Of a stretch of DNA of 64,000 bases, positions 38,789 to 50,472 are shown in pieces. The position numbers and the translations under genes are program-made. Source of the stretch: Mobula hypostoma (Eukaryota); the NCBI RefSeq assembly GCF_963921235.1, contig NC_086097.1:169076001-169140000 (forward strand), written 5' to 3'. The notes beneath the pieces are model-generated. The model had not been told where the DNA came from, did not search any database, and was given only the letters and a program-made list of their open reading frames with translations. Numbering within the stretch: the first letter of the stretch is position 1; the number at the start of each line of letters is the position of its first letter.

Positions 38789-39644
38789 TGGAAATGGTGG
38801 GATCTCAGAAAAAAAGCCAAGAAGGATAAGCTCATTAGCACTTCTGGATGGACATTATGTGAATATTTTATCCTTGTCTTTAACACTCAGATATCATAAG
38901 TCTTGAAGCTTCCTCATTCTATTAGCCGTTTAACTGTCAACATTCATTCACAACTAGATCTGGCAGGAGTACATGGCTTTGATCTGATCTATCAGATTGC
39001 TTTGATCTGCTTATTGCATGTTGCTTCATGATTACAATTACTGGAACTCATTTTAGATTTATTTAATTACATTGGTTTAAATTTGTCAGCTGCTGTAAAA
39101 GAATTTTGATTGACATGTGGAGCAGCCATACATCAATACTGCTGAAAAGAAAACCTCAGAAGAGTTGGGTAGCAGGGGAATGGGAGGGGAGCAGCATTCA
39201 AAAAAATACTTAAGCATTTAAATGATCTTAACACCTATCCCCACATCCCATCCCAAGAAAACAAGAGTACATTTCCACTAGTTCTGCTTCTCCATGACCT
39301 ATCAGATTATTTGGCAACATCCCATACTGAATGAGCAGAAATTTTCTCAATTAAAAACTGATAAATTTTAAGCTTTGTCCAAACTACTAACTCTGCTCTA
39401 CTCATTAGCAATTTACTGCAAAGCAATCAGACTATCTGCATCGATTGTGTCATATGTGATTCAGAGAAGCATCAGATGAATCACCTCCATAATATTAGTC
39501 TATAGAATATGTGTCTCAGCTTATATGCTACTGAAGTATCTGTCTGGTCTTTGGCAGCATACAGTCACTAAACCTAAAAGCAAAATGTTGTTGTCCATGC
39601 CCAAAATCAGAAAAGAGTCTCGCTCCCCTATTGAACCTTTCTTT

Positions 39645-40318
39645 CCACTTCAACAAAATGGCCCTCCTAGCTATTAATGTAACAAATGCAATAATATGTT
39701 GGTCAGACACAGAAATACCATGAATATTTTGAAGAACTATTCCAAAAAGCACAGTTAATTTATTAGGTTGTAAATTAATTTTAAGTGCTTTAGAAATTGT
39801 TGAGAAAACTGACTTCCAGAACTGTTCCAATATAGAACAAGACCAAAACATATGTGTCAGTGTAGCTATCTCATATTCCCACTTTGTCACAATGGTTCTC
39901 TCAAGTGATGCTATGTCTAGTTTGGAGAAAATTAGAAGTCGAACCTTTGAACCTTTATTTGATTTTGAGAAAAGATGGGGCTCATTTGCTCGTTATTATC
40001 ATTTGAGTTAATTGATATAATTTTTCCACCATCTAATTGTAAATTCTTTTAGTATATTTTCTTTTCTTGCTGGCGGTTTGATGTTTATTTTTAGAAGCTT
40101 TTTGTATGACGCATGGCTCTGGGATTGTACACCTAATGGGTTCTCCTTTTTTTTCTCACTTTTCTGCTCAGTAGGTTTTTTTTGTTATCACAAAATTTTG
40201 TTTTCAATCTTTAAGATGATTTTTTTTAGGCATTGTAAGTGTTGTTACTTCGATGCACTCATGTTATTTTTCCTATATATATATACACACACACACAATA
40301 AAAAGATTTGAAAAGAAA
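39645..40318. mobile_element. L1-clade 3' end with a 5' inversion (twin priming)
   Basis: 39645-39890 minus (TLTHMFWSC...ARRAILLKWK); 39890-40318 plus (LEKIRS, 3' UTR, AATAAA); TSD GAAC(C/T)TTTCTTT at 39633-39644 and 40319-40330. Confidence 0.85.
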
Positions 40319-40850
40319 GAACTTTTCTTTGCTTAACCAGGGATCAAAATAGGTCAGCAGTCTTCCAATTTTAGAATTTTTGGCATTATTTTTTAAATCC
40401 CTACATGGTCAGATACTTCGTTCTCTAATTTCCTCCTGCCCTAAACACTCATATATTTGTGCTACGTCAATCCTGTACTATAAATTTAATTCCTAACCTG
40501 TCCAACTCTGTTACTGTTGCTATGAAGCAACCTTGTCACATCAAAAGCACTATGTCACTATTGGGAAACATCATTTCAAGTTCCAAATTTTTTTGTTAAC
40601 AAATTATTTCCCTGGAATACAACTTCATTGTAAATCCAGGGATCCTGATAGCTAACACCCATCCCATTCCATCTCCACATGACTTCCAATAAGGTTTTCT
40701 TTTCTACGAGATCACAGCTTCACAGTCTAAAACACACACCTTTATTGCATACACATACATCTTTAAAACATACAACATTATAGTCTAAGCAACACACATC
40801 AAAGTTGCTGGTGAACGCAGCAGGCCAGGCAGCATCTGTAGGAAGAGGTG

Positions 40851-40888
40851 TAGTCGACGTTTCAGGCCGAGACCCTTCGTCAGGACTA
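40851..40888 (-). ncRNA. Minimal type I hammerhead ribozyme, core intact
   Basis: uaguc-CUGACGA-agg.gucucgg.ccu-GAAAC-GUC-gacua: stem I, stem II, palindromic ACGU stem III. Confidence 0.8.
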
Positions 40889-41152
40889 ACTGAAGGAAGA
40901 GTGAGTAAGGGATTTGAAAGTTGGAGGGGGAGGGGGAGATCCAAAATGATAGGAGAAGACAGGAGGGGGAGGGATAGAGCCAAGAGCTGGACAGGTGATA
41001 GGCAAAAGGGGATACGAGAGGATCATGGGACAGGAGGTCCGGGAAGAAAGACAAGGGGGGGGGAACCCAGAGGATGGGCAAGAGGTATATTCAGAGGGAC
41101 AGAGGGAGAAAAAGGAGAGTGAGAGAAAGAATGTGTGCATAAAAATAAGTAT

Positions 41153-41942
41153 CAGGATGAGGCTTTTCATTCTAGGACGAGGGAGATGTCTCCCTTTTTT
41201 AAAGAAAGGGGCTTCCCTTCCTCCACTATCAACTCTGCTCTTAAACGCATCTCCCCCATTTCACGTACATCTGTTCTCACTCCATCCTCCCGCCACCCCA
41301 CTAGGAATAGGGTTCCCCTGGTCCTCACCTACCACCCCACCAGCCTCCAGGTCCAACATATTATTCTCCGTAACTTCCGCCACCTCCAACGTGATCCCAC
41401 CACTAAGCACATCTTTCCCTCCCCCCCTCTCTCTGCATTCCGCAGGGATCGCTCCCTACGCAACTCCCTTGTCCATTCGTCCCCCCCATCCCTCCCCACT
41501 GATCTCCCTCCTGGCACTTATCCGTGTAAGCGGAACAAGTGCTACACATGCCCTTACACTTCCTCCCTTACCACCATTCAGGGCCCCAAACAGTCCTTCC
41601 AGGTGAGGCAACACTTCACCTGTGAGTCGACTGGGGTGATATACTGCGTCTGGTACACCCGATGTGGCCTTTTATATATTGGCGAGACCCGACGCAGACT
41701 GGGAGACCGCTTTGCTGAACATCTACGCTCTGTCCGCCAGAGAAAGCAGGATCTCCCAGTGGCCACACATTTTAATTCCACATCCTAATTCCACATCCCA
41801 TTCCCATTCTGACATGTCTATCCACGGCCTCCTCTACTGTAAAGATGAAGCCACACTCAGGTTGGAGGAACAACACCTTATATTCCGTCTGGGTAGCCTC
41901 CAACCTGATGGCATGAACATCGACTTCTCTAACTTCCGCTAA
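41153..41942 (+). pseudogene. Penelope ORF C-terminus with GIY-YIG endonuclease, frameshifted by a 13-bp tandem duplication
   Basis: CKRNKCYTC; VIYC...LYIGETRRRLGDRFAEH; (taattccacatcc)x2 at 41773-41798; RLEEQHLIFRLGSLQPDGMN. Confidence 0.9.
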
Positions 41943-42235
41943 GGCCCCACCTCCCCCTCGTACCCCATCTGTTACTTATTTTTATGCGCACATTCTTTCT
42001 CTCACTCTCCTTTTTCTCCCTCTGTCCCTCTGAATATACCTCTTGCTCATCCTCTGGGTTCCCCCCCCCTTGTCTTTCTTCCCGGACCTCCTGTCCCATG
42101 ATCCTCTCGTATCCCCTTTTGCCTATCACCTGTCCAGCTCTTGGCTCTATCCCTCCCCCTCCTGTCTTCTCCTATCATTTTGGATCTCCCCCTCCCCCCC
42201 AACTTTCAAATCCCTTACTCACTCTTCCTTCAGTT

Positions 42236-42271
42236 AGTCCTGACAAAGGGTCTCGGCCTGAAACGTCGACT
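42236..42271 (+). ncRNA. Minimal hammerhead motif with a core mutation (CUGACAA)
   Basis: agtcctgacaaagggtctcggcctgaaacgtcgact. Confidence 0.65.
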
Positions 42272-43104
42272 GCACCTCTTCCTACAGATGCTGCCTGGCC
42301 TGCTGCGTTCACCTGCAACTTTGATGTGTGTTGCTTGAATTTCCAGCAACTGCAGAATTCCTGTTGTCAACATTATAATCTTACACCTTAGCAACTTTGC
42401 TGTTCATTAGGAAAAGACAAGTATCCTACTCACATCACGAGGACATACACTATTGTCCAGCTTTCAGGTATGCAGGGCAAAGTTGGTCACTGCATTTAAA
42501 AGAAGATGGAGCCACTTAAAGGCACCTCACATACCACCAAATCCAATCATTCCCAAATTGTGCTCCTTCCTATGATATTGTCTCCTCTTTTTCTATACTA
42601 TTTTCTCTTGCTTTTTTTTTCCTTTTCCACAGCTCAAAATAAAATCAACTCGTACTTCTAACTAAATGCTCCAAGTCTCCATCTCCTTTGGAATATAACA
42701 TTCAATGTAAAGTAATTAGTGAGCATTGCAAAAAAAACACTACAAATATATATTTTTTAAAATCACATTAACAGCAGCAAAATAAATTTTAAGATCTACA
42801 AAATAATTTATAATACTGTATCAATATTTGGATACCACATGCATCTCAACCACGCCACAATTACTTTCATCTTTAGTCAAATCTTCTATATTCACCTGAA
42901 ATATTAGTCACCTCTTCCTGACATCTATAATTTATAAACATACAGAATTATAGTGATTGCTTCCAATTTAAAATCTTAATCTAAATTATAACCAGGTTAA
43001 GTAATCTTAGAATACAGAACATATTAATTTATTTCCAATATTAAAACTACTGTGAAATTAACTAGTTTGCCTTACCAATTGCACTTAGTCAGCTACAATC
43101 ACTC

Positions 43105-44880
43105 GAGTTATGGAGTCATACAGCCTAGTAATGGGTCCTCTTGCCCATAATGTCCATGCTGTCCTTTTATTTAAATCTACATCAATCCCATTTGCCCACA
43201 ATAGGACCACATCCTCTATAACTTGCCTATTTTAGTGTCTACCTAAATGCTTCTTAAACCTAGTAACTATATCTGATTCCACCATTTTCTCAGGCAGCAA
43301 ATTGCAAATATCAACCAATCTCTAAGTTTAAAATAACTTACCTCTATGATTCTCTTTAAAACTTCTTCCTCTCACCTTAAAGCTATGTCCTATTTTTGTT
43401 TGAAACCCCTACCAGGGGAAAATGGTTTTTACTATCTACTCATCTTATGTACTTCCATCAGGTCATTCCTCAGTCTATTTCACTCCAGGAAGAAATCCAA
43501 CCAATCCAATCTCTCAGCATAACAAAAGTCCTTTTAATCAAGGCAATACCCTGATCAATCTCCCCAACATGCAATCTAGGGCAGTTATCTTCTACTTACA
43601 ATGCATCAACCAGAACTGCATATAATGCAAGTGTGGCTTAACAAGTGTTTAGTAAAGTTGTAACATAACATTCCTATGCTTCCACTATGTTCTGACCCCA
43701 TATTCTGAAGGAGGCTAACATGCCAATGGCTTTTTCACCTGCCTATCAATCTGTGCTGCTACTTTCAGGGAATTATGGACTTGGAACCCTCAATCTCTCT
43801 GTTTACCAACAATACTCTATGCCTCACCATTTACTATACATGTACATCAGAGGAGGAGAAGATGATGGGGCGACACAGCTTGCACGGCCACTCCGGTGAA
43901 AGATATCTGTAATCTGTCAAGTAGGGTGCCGTGCATAATCCTGATTTGATGGAGACGGACGTGAGAGAACGGAGGAACATCTGGAGATACTTCTGAAATG
44001 CCTTTTTCGCTGCCGCTGTTACTGTGTGATCCAGAATCTCCGGAGGGGAAGGCCCCAAATCCTCGGCTTTGCTTGTTGCTCGGCGGCCGGGACGGGGTTG
44101 AAGCGCTTGGCAGAGATGGTGCTCGGTGTCGAAGGGCTGGTCGGAGGCTCGAAATTTTCGGATGGACTCAGAGTCGGCTATGGTCAGGTGCTTCCAATGC
44201 ATCGACAGTTGTCAGTGCCTGGAGGTCTATGGCAGAGAGAGTTTCTCCCTTCTGCCGCCTGCTATCGGGGACTATCGGGAGTCAATCAGAACTTTGAGAC
44301 TTTTTTTTAACGTTCCCATGGTCTGCTCTTTATCAAATTATGGTATTGCTTTGCACTGCCATAACTATATGTTATAATTATGTGGACTTGTCAGTGTTAG
44401 TCTTTGGTTTGTTCTGTTTTTTTTTGTGATATCACTCTGGAGGAACATTGTATCATTTCTTAATGCATGCATGCACATCTAAATGATAATAAACGAGGAC
44501 TGAATGTCCTCATAATCTAATGTTCTCACACTACTTGACTTCCAAAAATGCATCACTTTGGACTTGTCAGCCTTACATTATATATGCCATTATATTATAA
44601 CTGAGTGGAATATCTGCCAATGTTCCACTCAGTTTTCCAGCTCATATATTTCTTGCCAGGGTCTTCAGTAACCTTGCTTGCCCTCCAAAACACCACCAAT
44701 TTTCATATATTTTGCAAACTTATTAATCATATGTCTTACATTCAAATCCAAGGCATTCATATATGTCATAAACAGTAAAGTGCCCTGCAATACACCACTA
44801 GTCACCAACTGCTGATCAGAAAAATCATCTATCAACAAGCAAACACAAGATCTAACAGGCCAAATCAAATAAGATCCCAT
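43105..44880 (-). mobile_element. Old CR1 3' half interrupted by 'family Y'
   Basis: VTSGVLQG, INKFAKYMKIGG; 3' UTR near 43110-43260. Confidence 0.75.
43848..44519 (+). mobile_element. Unnamed GC-rich non-coding retroposon 'family Y' with a Rex1-like tail
   Basis: Head gaggaggagaagatg; tail ggaggaacattg...AATAAA, hairpin gaggac-tgaat-gtcctc, aatctaat; ATGT at 43840-43843 and 44520-44523. Confidence 0.65.
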
Positions 44881-45082
44881 ACTCTCTCCTATAAAAACAA
44901 AACTTGAAAGAAAGTATTTAACTCTAATCTTGAAATTATTTATGTATCATTATTTTTAAATTGTGTATATAGCTAACATTATTTTTAAACTATCACCTTT
45001 CAAATCAAATTTTATGTAAATTCCAGATTATACAACATCATAAGTTGTTCCTTTGTGCAGAATTGATATGATTAAAAATGAC

Positions 45083-45321
45083 TGGAGCTCTGACCAGTGA
45101 CCAATCGTGAGATCAGAGGCTTGAGAAGAGGGAATTTCACTCAGGTCCCCTGACCGAGTATGAAAGGGCGACAACTTGTGGAAGTTTGTTTGGAGCTCTG
45201 ACCAGTGACCAACCAGGAGATCAGAAGCTTGAGAGGAGGGAATTTCACTTTGGTCCGCTGATGAAGTATAAAAGGGTAGCAACTTGCAGCAGTTTGTTTG
45301 GAGCTTTGACCAGTAACCAAA
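45083..45321 (+). repeat. 108-bp tandem repeat (2.2 units) at the 5' end of a CR1
   Basis: tggagctytgaccagt starts at 45083, 45191 and 45299. Confidence 0.9.
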
Positions 45322-47561
45322 TGACATTTGGGATTGATTAGCAAGAACAAATTAAAGGAAGGCAGGGCTAAGTGTAGTGAATATCATTAGAGCGGTGACT
45401 TCAAGACTTTAGTTCTTCGAGGCTTCATTCAGAGAAAGCTAAATTGAAAATCTCTAGGTAGAGTTTTTTCTCCCCCCACTTCTTTACAGTTGCTCAGTTA
45501 GGACAGTAGAGATGCCAAGCAGGATAGTTGAATGCTCCTCTTTAGAATGTGGGAAGGCAAGGAGATCTCCAGTTTCCCTGATGACTACAACTCTGAGAAG
45601 TGCATCCAACTGCAGTTTCTAATAATCAGTGTTAAGGAATTGGAGGTGGAACTAGATGAACCCCAGATCATTTGGGAGGCTGAAGGGGTGATATATAGGA
45701 CATACAGGGAGGTAGTTACATCCAAGGTGCAGGACACAGGAGACTGAATGACAGACAGGAAGGGGAAAGGGGTTAAGATGTCAGTGCTGAGTATCCCAAT
45801 GGACATCTCCCTCAACAACAGGTACAACACTCTGGATACTATTGGGGTGTAATCACTTAGCAGAGGAAAGTCACAGGGGTCAGGTCTCTAGCACTGGGAC
45901 TGGGTCTGGCTTTATGACTCTGAAGGAAAGGGGGAAGAAGAGGTGCGCTGGAGTGATAGGGGATTCATTAGTAAGGGGAACAGAAAGGAGGTTCTGTGGG
46001 TGAGAACAAGATTCCCAGATGGTATGTTGCCTCCCAGGTATCAGGGTCTGGATCAAGTCCTCGGCATCCTCAGGTGAACAGCCAAAAGTCATGGTCCATG
46101 TAGGTACTAATGACATTGGCAGGACGAGTGATGAGGTTCTGCATAAGGAGTTCAGGGAGTTGGTGGTAAGTTAAAGGGAAGGGCCTCCAAGATTGTGATC
46201 TCAGGATTGCTACCCATGCCATGTGTTAGTGTGGGCAGAACTAGGAAGATTATACAGTTTAATACATGGCTAAGGAGTTGGTGTAAGAGGGACTTTTGGA
46301 TCATTGGCCACTCTCCCAGGAAAGGTTGGACCTATACAGAAGGGACAGTTTGCACCTGAACTGGAGGGGGACTAATATCGTAGCGGGAAGGTTTGTCAAT
46401 GCTGCATGGTGGGGTTTAAACTAGAGTTGCAGGAGGCTGGGAAGCAGTGCCAGAACAGTTAGTGGAGAGGTTGTGGAGACGGATGTTGGTCTAACCTCAG
46501 ACAAAGACAGGAATCGAAAGGTTGAGTATGGTGCAACTAGAGTCCTGAACTGCATATATTTCAATGCAAAGAGTATTGTGGGAAAGGTGGATGAGCTCAG
46601 GGCATGGATAAAAACGTGGAATTATGACATTGCAGCCATTAGTAAGACTTGATTGCAGGAGAGGCAGGACAGGCAGCGCAATATTCCAAGGTTCCATTGA
46701 TTCAGACGCAACAGAGCCGGAAGGATTAAAGGAGGAGGGGTGGCATTATTAGCCAGGGAAAATGTCATGGCAGTGCTCAGTCAGGACAAATTGGAGAACT
46801 CATCTAATTAGGCGATATAGGTGGAACTGAGAAATAAGAAAGGTATGACCACACTAATTGAGCTATATTACAGACCACCCATCAGTCCTAGAGATTTAGA
46901 GGAACAAATCTGTAAAGAGATCACAGACTGTTGTTATAATAGGTGATTTTAACTTTCCACGTATTGACTGGGAATCCAATACTGTAAAAGGACTAGATGG
47001 GATAGAGTTTGTAAAATGAGTTCAGGAGAATTTCCTTCATCAGTATGTAGAAGTCCAAAGGAAAGAGTGTGCAATATTGGATCTGCTATTAGGGAATGAG
47101 GGTAGATGATAGAAGTTTGTGTCCAGGAATACTTTGTATCTAGTGACCGCAGTGCCATTAGTTTCAAAGTAAATATGTAAAAAGATAGGTCTGGTCTGCA
47201 AGTTGAGACTCTAATTTGGAGAAATTCCCATTTTGATGGTATCAGAAATAGTCCGGCAAGAGTAGATTGGGTCAGCTATTTTCTAGCAAAAGTGTACATG
47301 GTAAGTGGGAGACCTTCAAAGGCGCAATTTTGAGATTACAAAGCTTGTTTGTGCCTGTCAGAATAAAAGGTAAAGATAACAAGTGTAGGGAACCTTGATT
47401 TTCAAGAGATATTGAAGCCCTGGTTAAGAGAAAAACAGAGATACGTACTAGGTATAGGCAGGTAGGAAGAAATGAGGTGCTTATGGAGCATAAGAAATGC
47501 AAGAGAACACTTAAAAAATCAAGTTGGCTAAAAGAATGCATGAAGTTGCTCTAGCAGACAA

Positions 47562-48775
47562 AAGACAATAGGTGCAGGAGTAGGCCATTCGGCCCTTCGA
47601 GCCATCATCGCCATTCACTGTGGTCATGGCTGATCATCCACAATCAGTACCCTTTTCCTGCCTTCTCCCCATATCCCTTGACTCCGCTATCTTTAAGAGC
47701 TCTATCTAACTCTTTCTTGAAAGAATCCAGAGAATTGGCCTCCACTGCCTTCTGAGGCAGAGCATTCCACAGATCCACAACCCTCTGTGTGAAAAAGTTT
47801 TTCCTCAACTCCGTTCTAAATAGTCTACCCCTTATTCTTAAACTGTGGCCTCTGGTTCTGGACTCCCCCAACATGTTTCCTGCCCCTAGCGTGTCCAATC
47901 CCTCAATAATCTTACATGTTTCAATCAGATCCCCTCTCATCCTTCTAAATTCCAGTGTATACAAGCCCAGTCACTCCAATCTTTCAACATATGACATTCT
48001 CGCCATCCCTGGAATTAACCCAGTGAACCTACGCTGCACTCCCTCCATAGCAAGAATGTCCTTCCTCAACTTTGGAGACCAAAACTGCACACAATACGCC
48101 AGGTGTAGTCTCACCAGGGCCCTGTACAACTGCAGAAGGACCTCTTTGCTCCTATACTCCTCTCCCCTTGTTATGAAGGCCAACATGCCATTAGCTTTCC
48201 TCACTGGTGCTGTACCTGTATGCTTACTTTCAGTGACTGATGAACAAGGACACCTAGATCTCGTTGTACTTCCCCTTTTCCTAACTTGACACCATTCAGA
48301 TAGTAATCTGCCTTCCTGTTCTTGCCACCAAAGTGGATAACCTCACATTTATCCACATTAATCTGCATCTGCCATGCATCTGCCCACTGACCCAACCTGT
48401 CCAAGTCATCCTGCATTCTCAAAACATCCTCCTCACATTTCACACTGTCACCCAGCTTTGTGTCATCTGCAAATTTGCAAATGTTACTTTTAATCCCTTC
48501 ATCTAAATCATTAATGTATATTGTAAATAGCTGGAGTCCCAGCACCGAGCTTTGCGGTACCCCACTGGTCACCACCTGCCATTCTGAAAAGGACCCGTTA
48601 ATCCCTACTCTTTGTTTCCTGTCTGCCAACCAATTTTCTATCCATGTCAGTACCCTACCCCCAATACCATGTGCTCTAATTTTGCCCACTAACCTCCTAT
48701 GTGGGACCTTATCAAAGGCTTTCTGAAAGTCCAGGTACACTACATCCACTGACTTTCCCATGTCCATTTTCATAA
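47562..48775 (-). mobile_element. 5'-truncated CR1 of another subfamily, nested antisense
   Basis: DFQKAFDKVPH, FADDTKLG; host ctagcagACAA|ggtgaagg is split with ACAA duplicated. Confidence 0.9.
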
Positions 48776-49766
48776 ACAAGGTGAAGGAAAATCCCAAGGG
48801 ATTCTACAGATATGTTAAGAGCAAAAGGATTGCAAAGGACAAAATTGGTCCTCTGGAAGACCAGAATAGTAACTTGTGTGGAGGCAAAACAGATGGGAGA
48901 GATCTTAAATAATGTTTTTGCATCTGTATTTACTCAGGAGACGGACACAGAGTCTGTAGAAGTGGGGCAAAGTGGCATCAACTTCATGGACCCTGTACAG
49001 ATTACAAAGGAGGAGGTGTTTTGATACCCTGATCAGTTTAGGGTGGATAAATCCTCAGGGCCTGAAAATATGTTCCCTCAAACCCCATGGGAGTCAAGTG
49101 CAGAAATTGCTGGGCCCTAGCAGAGATAGTTAAAACATCCCTAGCGACAAGAGAGGTACCAGAGGAATGGAGGAGAGCCAATGTTGTTCCACTGTTTTAA
49201 AAAGGCTCTAAACAACAACTAGAAAATTATAGGCTGATGAGTCTGACATCAGTTGTGGGAAAGTTATTAGAAGGTATTCTAAGGGACCAGATATATAAGT
49301 ATTCGAATAGACATGGACTGATTGAGGATAGTCAGCATGGCTTCCTGCATGGTAGATCATGTCTAACCAATCTTATTGAGTTTTTTGAAGAAGTTACCAG
49401 GAAAGTGGATGATGGCAAGGCAGTGGATGTTATCTACGTGGACTTTAGCAAGGCATTTTACAAGGTCCTGCATGGGAGATCAGTTAAGAAGATTCAGTTG
49501 CTCAGCATTTAACATGAAGTAGTAAATTGGATTAAATAGTGGTTTTGTGGGAGAAGCCAGAAAGTGATAGTAAATGGTTGCTTCTGACTGCAGGCCTGTG
49601 ACTCGTGGTGTGCCGTAGGGAACAATGCTGGGTCCTTTGTTGTTTGTCATCTACATCAATAATCTGGATGATAATATGGTTAACTGGATCAGCAAATTTG
49701 CTGATGACACCATGATTGGGGGTGTGGTGGACAGTGAGGAAAGCTATCATGGCTTGCAGAGGGATC

Positions 49767-50472
49767 TTTTATATCTTTATTTTTCCCTTTCAGGATTCTT
49801 TTGAAGACCCTGACCTGGAATTACATGCTGACTTCCGTTCTTTGTGGGAATCGGACCCATTCTCAAGGTTTCAGGACCGGCTGTATTTCGGCACGCCAAG
49901 GGGTAGACCTGAGAGGCGGCCTAGTGTTTGGAAGCCTAAGATCTCGGGGCTCTGGAGAAGGGCAGATGGAGGATCGGTGTCACGGCAGGAGACTCATGTG
50001 TCATCAGGGAGGCCGGAAAATCTTTCACTGTGGGCCCGAAGGCCCAAGGTCTTTGCGATCTTTGAGCACAGAGCTCGTAAAAGGCGACAAAACACAGACT
50101 TTACAACCTTGTAAACCAACGGGTTGTTGTCATGTCTCCTGCTCACTGTGAAAATGGGGAACACCTCCCTCTCCCTTGCCAGGGAGAGGGAGAACCTGTG
50201 AGTTGCTGAATGCCAAATGAATTGCAATAGTCTTTGGGGTAACTGCAAGGTCTGCATCTTTGCTGTCGCTTAACTCACGCTTGTGTTCAGTAGCGGGTGC
50301 ACTTTTTGTTTTGCCAGTGGGGTGAGGGGGGAGCTGCGGGGGACTTTGGGGTTCTCACGTTCATTCTTTGGGGCACTTCTCTGTTTTCGTGGATGTTTTG
50401 TGAAGAAAAAGCATTTCAGGATGTATATCGTATACATTTCTCTAACATTAAATTGAACCTTGGAACCTTTGA
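49767..50472 (+). mobile_element. 'Family X' non-coding retroposon, 5'-truncated, inserted in the CR1 RT
   Basis: Splits LQRDL|EK; ends attaaattgaaccttggaacctttgaa; colinear with 58868-59441. Confidence 0.75.

Larger units (their letters stand above)
40787..42367 (+). mobile_element. Young Penelope-like element: inverted pLTR + GIY-YIG region + pLTR
   Basis: ~365-bp inverted arms at 40787-41151 and 41973-42336; TSD CAACATTATA(G/A)TCT at 40773-40786 and 42368-42381. Confidence 0.93.

Noticed and set aside
40720..42391. Many overlapping ORFs on both strands (e.g. MALSLPLLSS..., MIGKRGYER...)
   Set aside because: Shadow frames of the low-complexity pLTR, duplicated by the inverted repeat.
43834..44377. 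ORFs of 83-122 aa in the GC-rich segment as a host gene
   Set aside because: Expected from GC content; no recognisable domain or splice structure; lies inside an insertion.
45145..45275. CTGATGA / CTGACCGA...GAAA in the 108-bp monomers as a hammerhead
   Set aside because: No unit has both core strands with closing stems.
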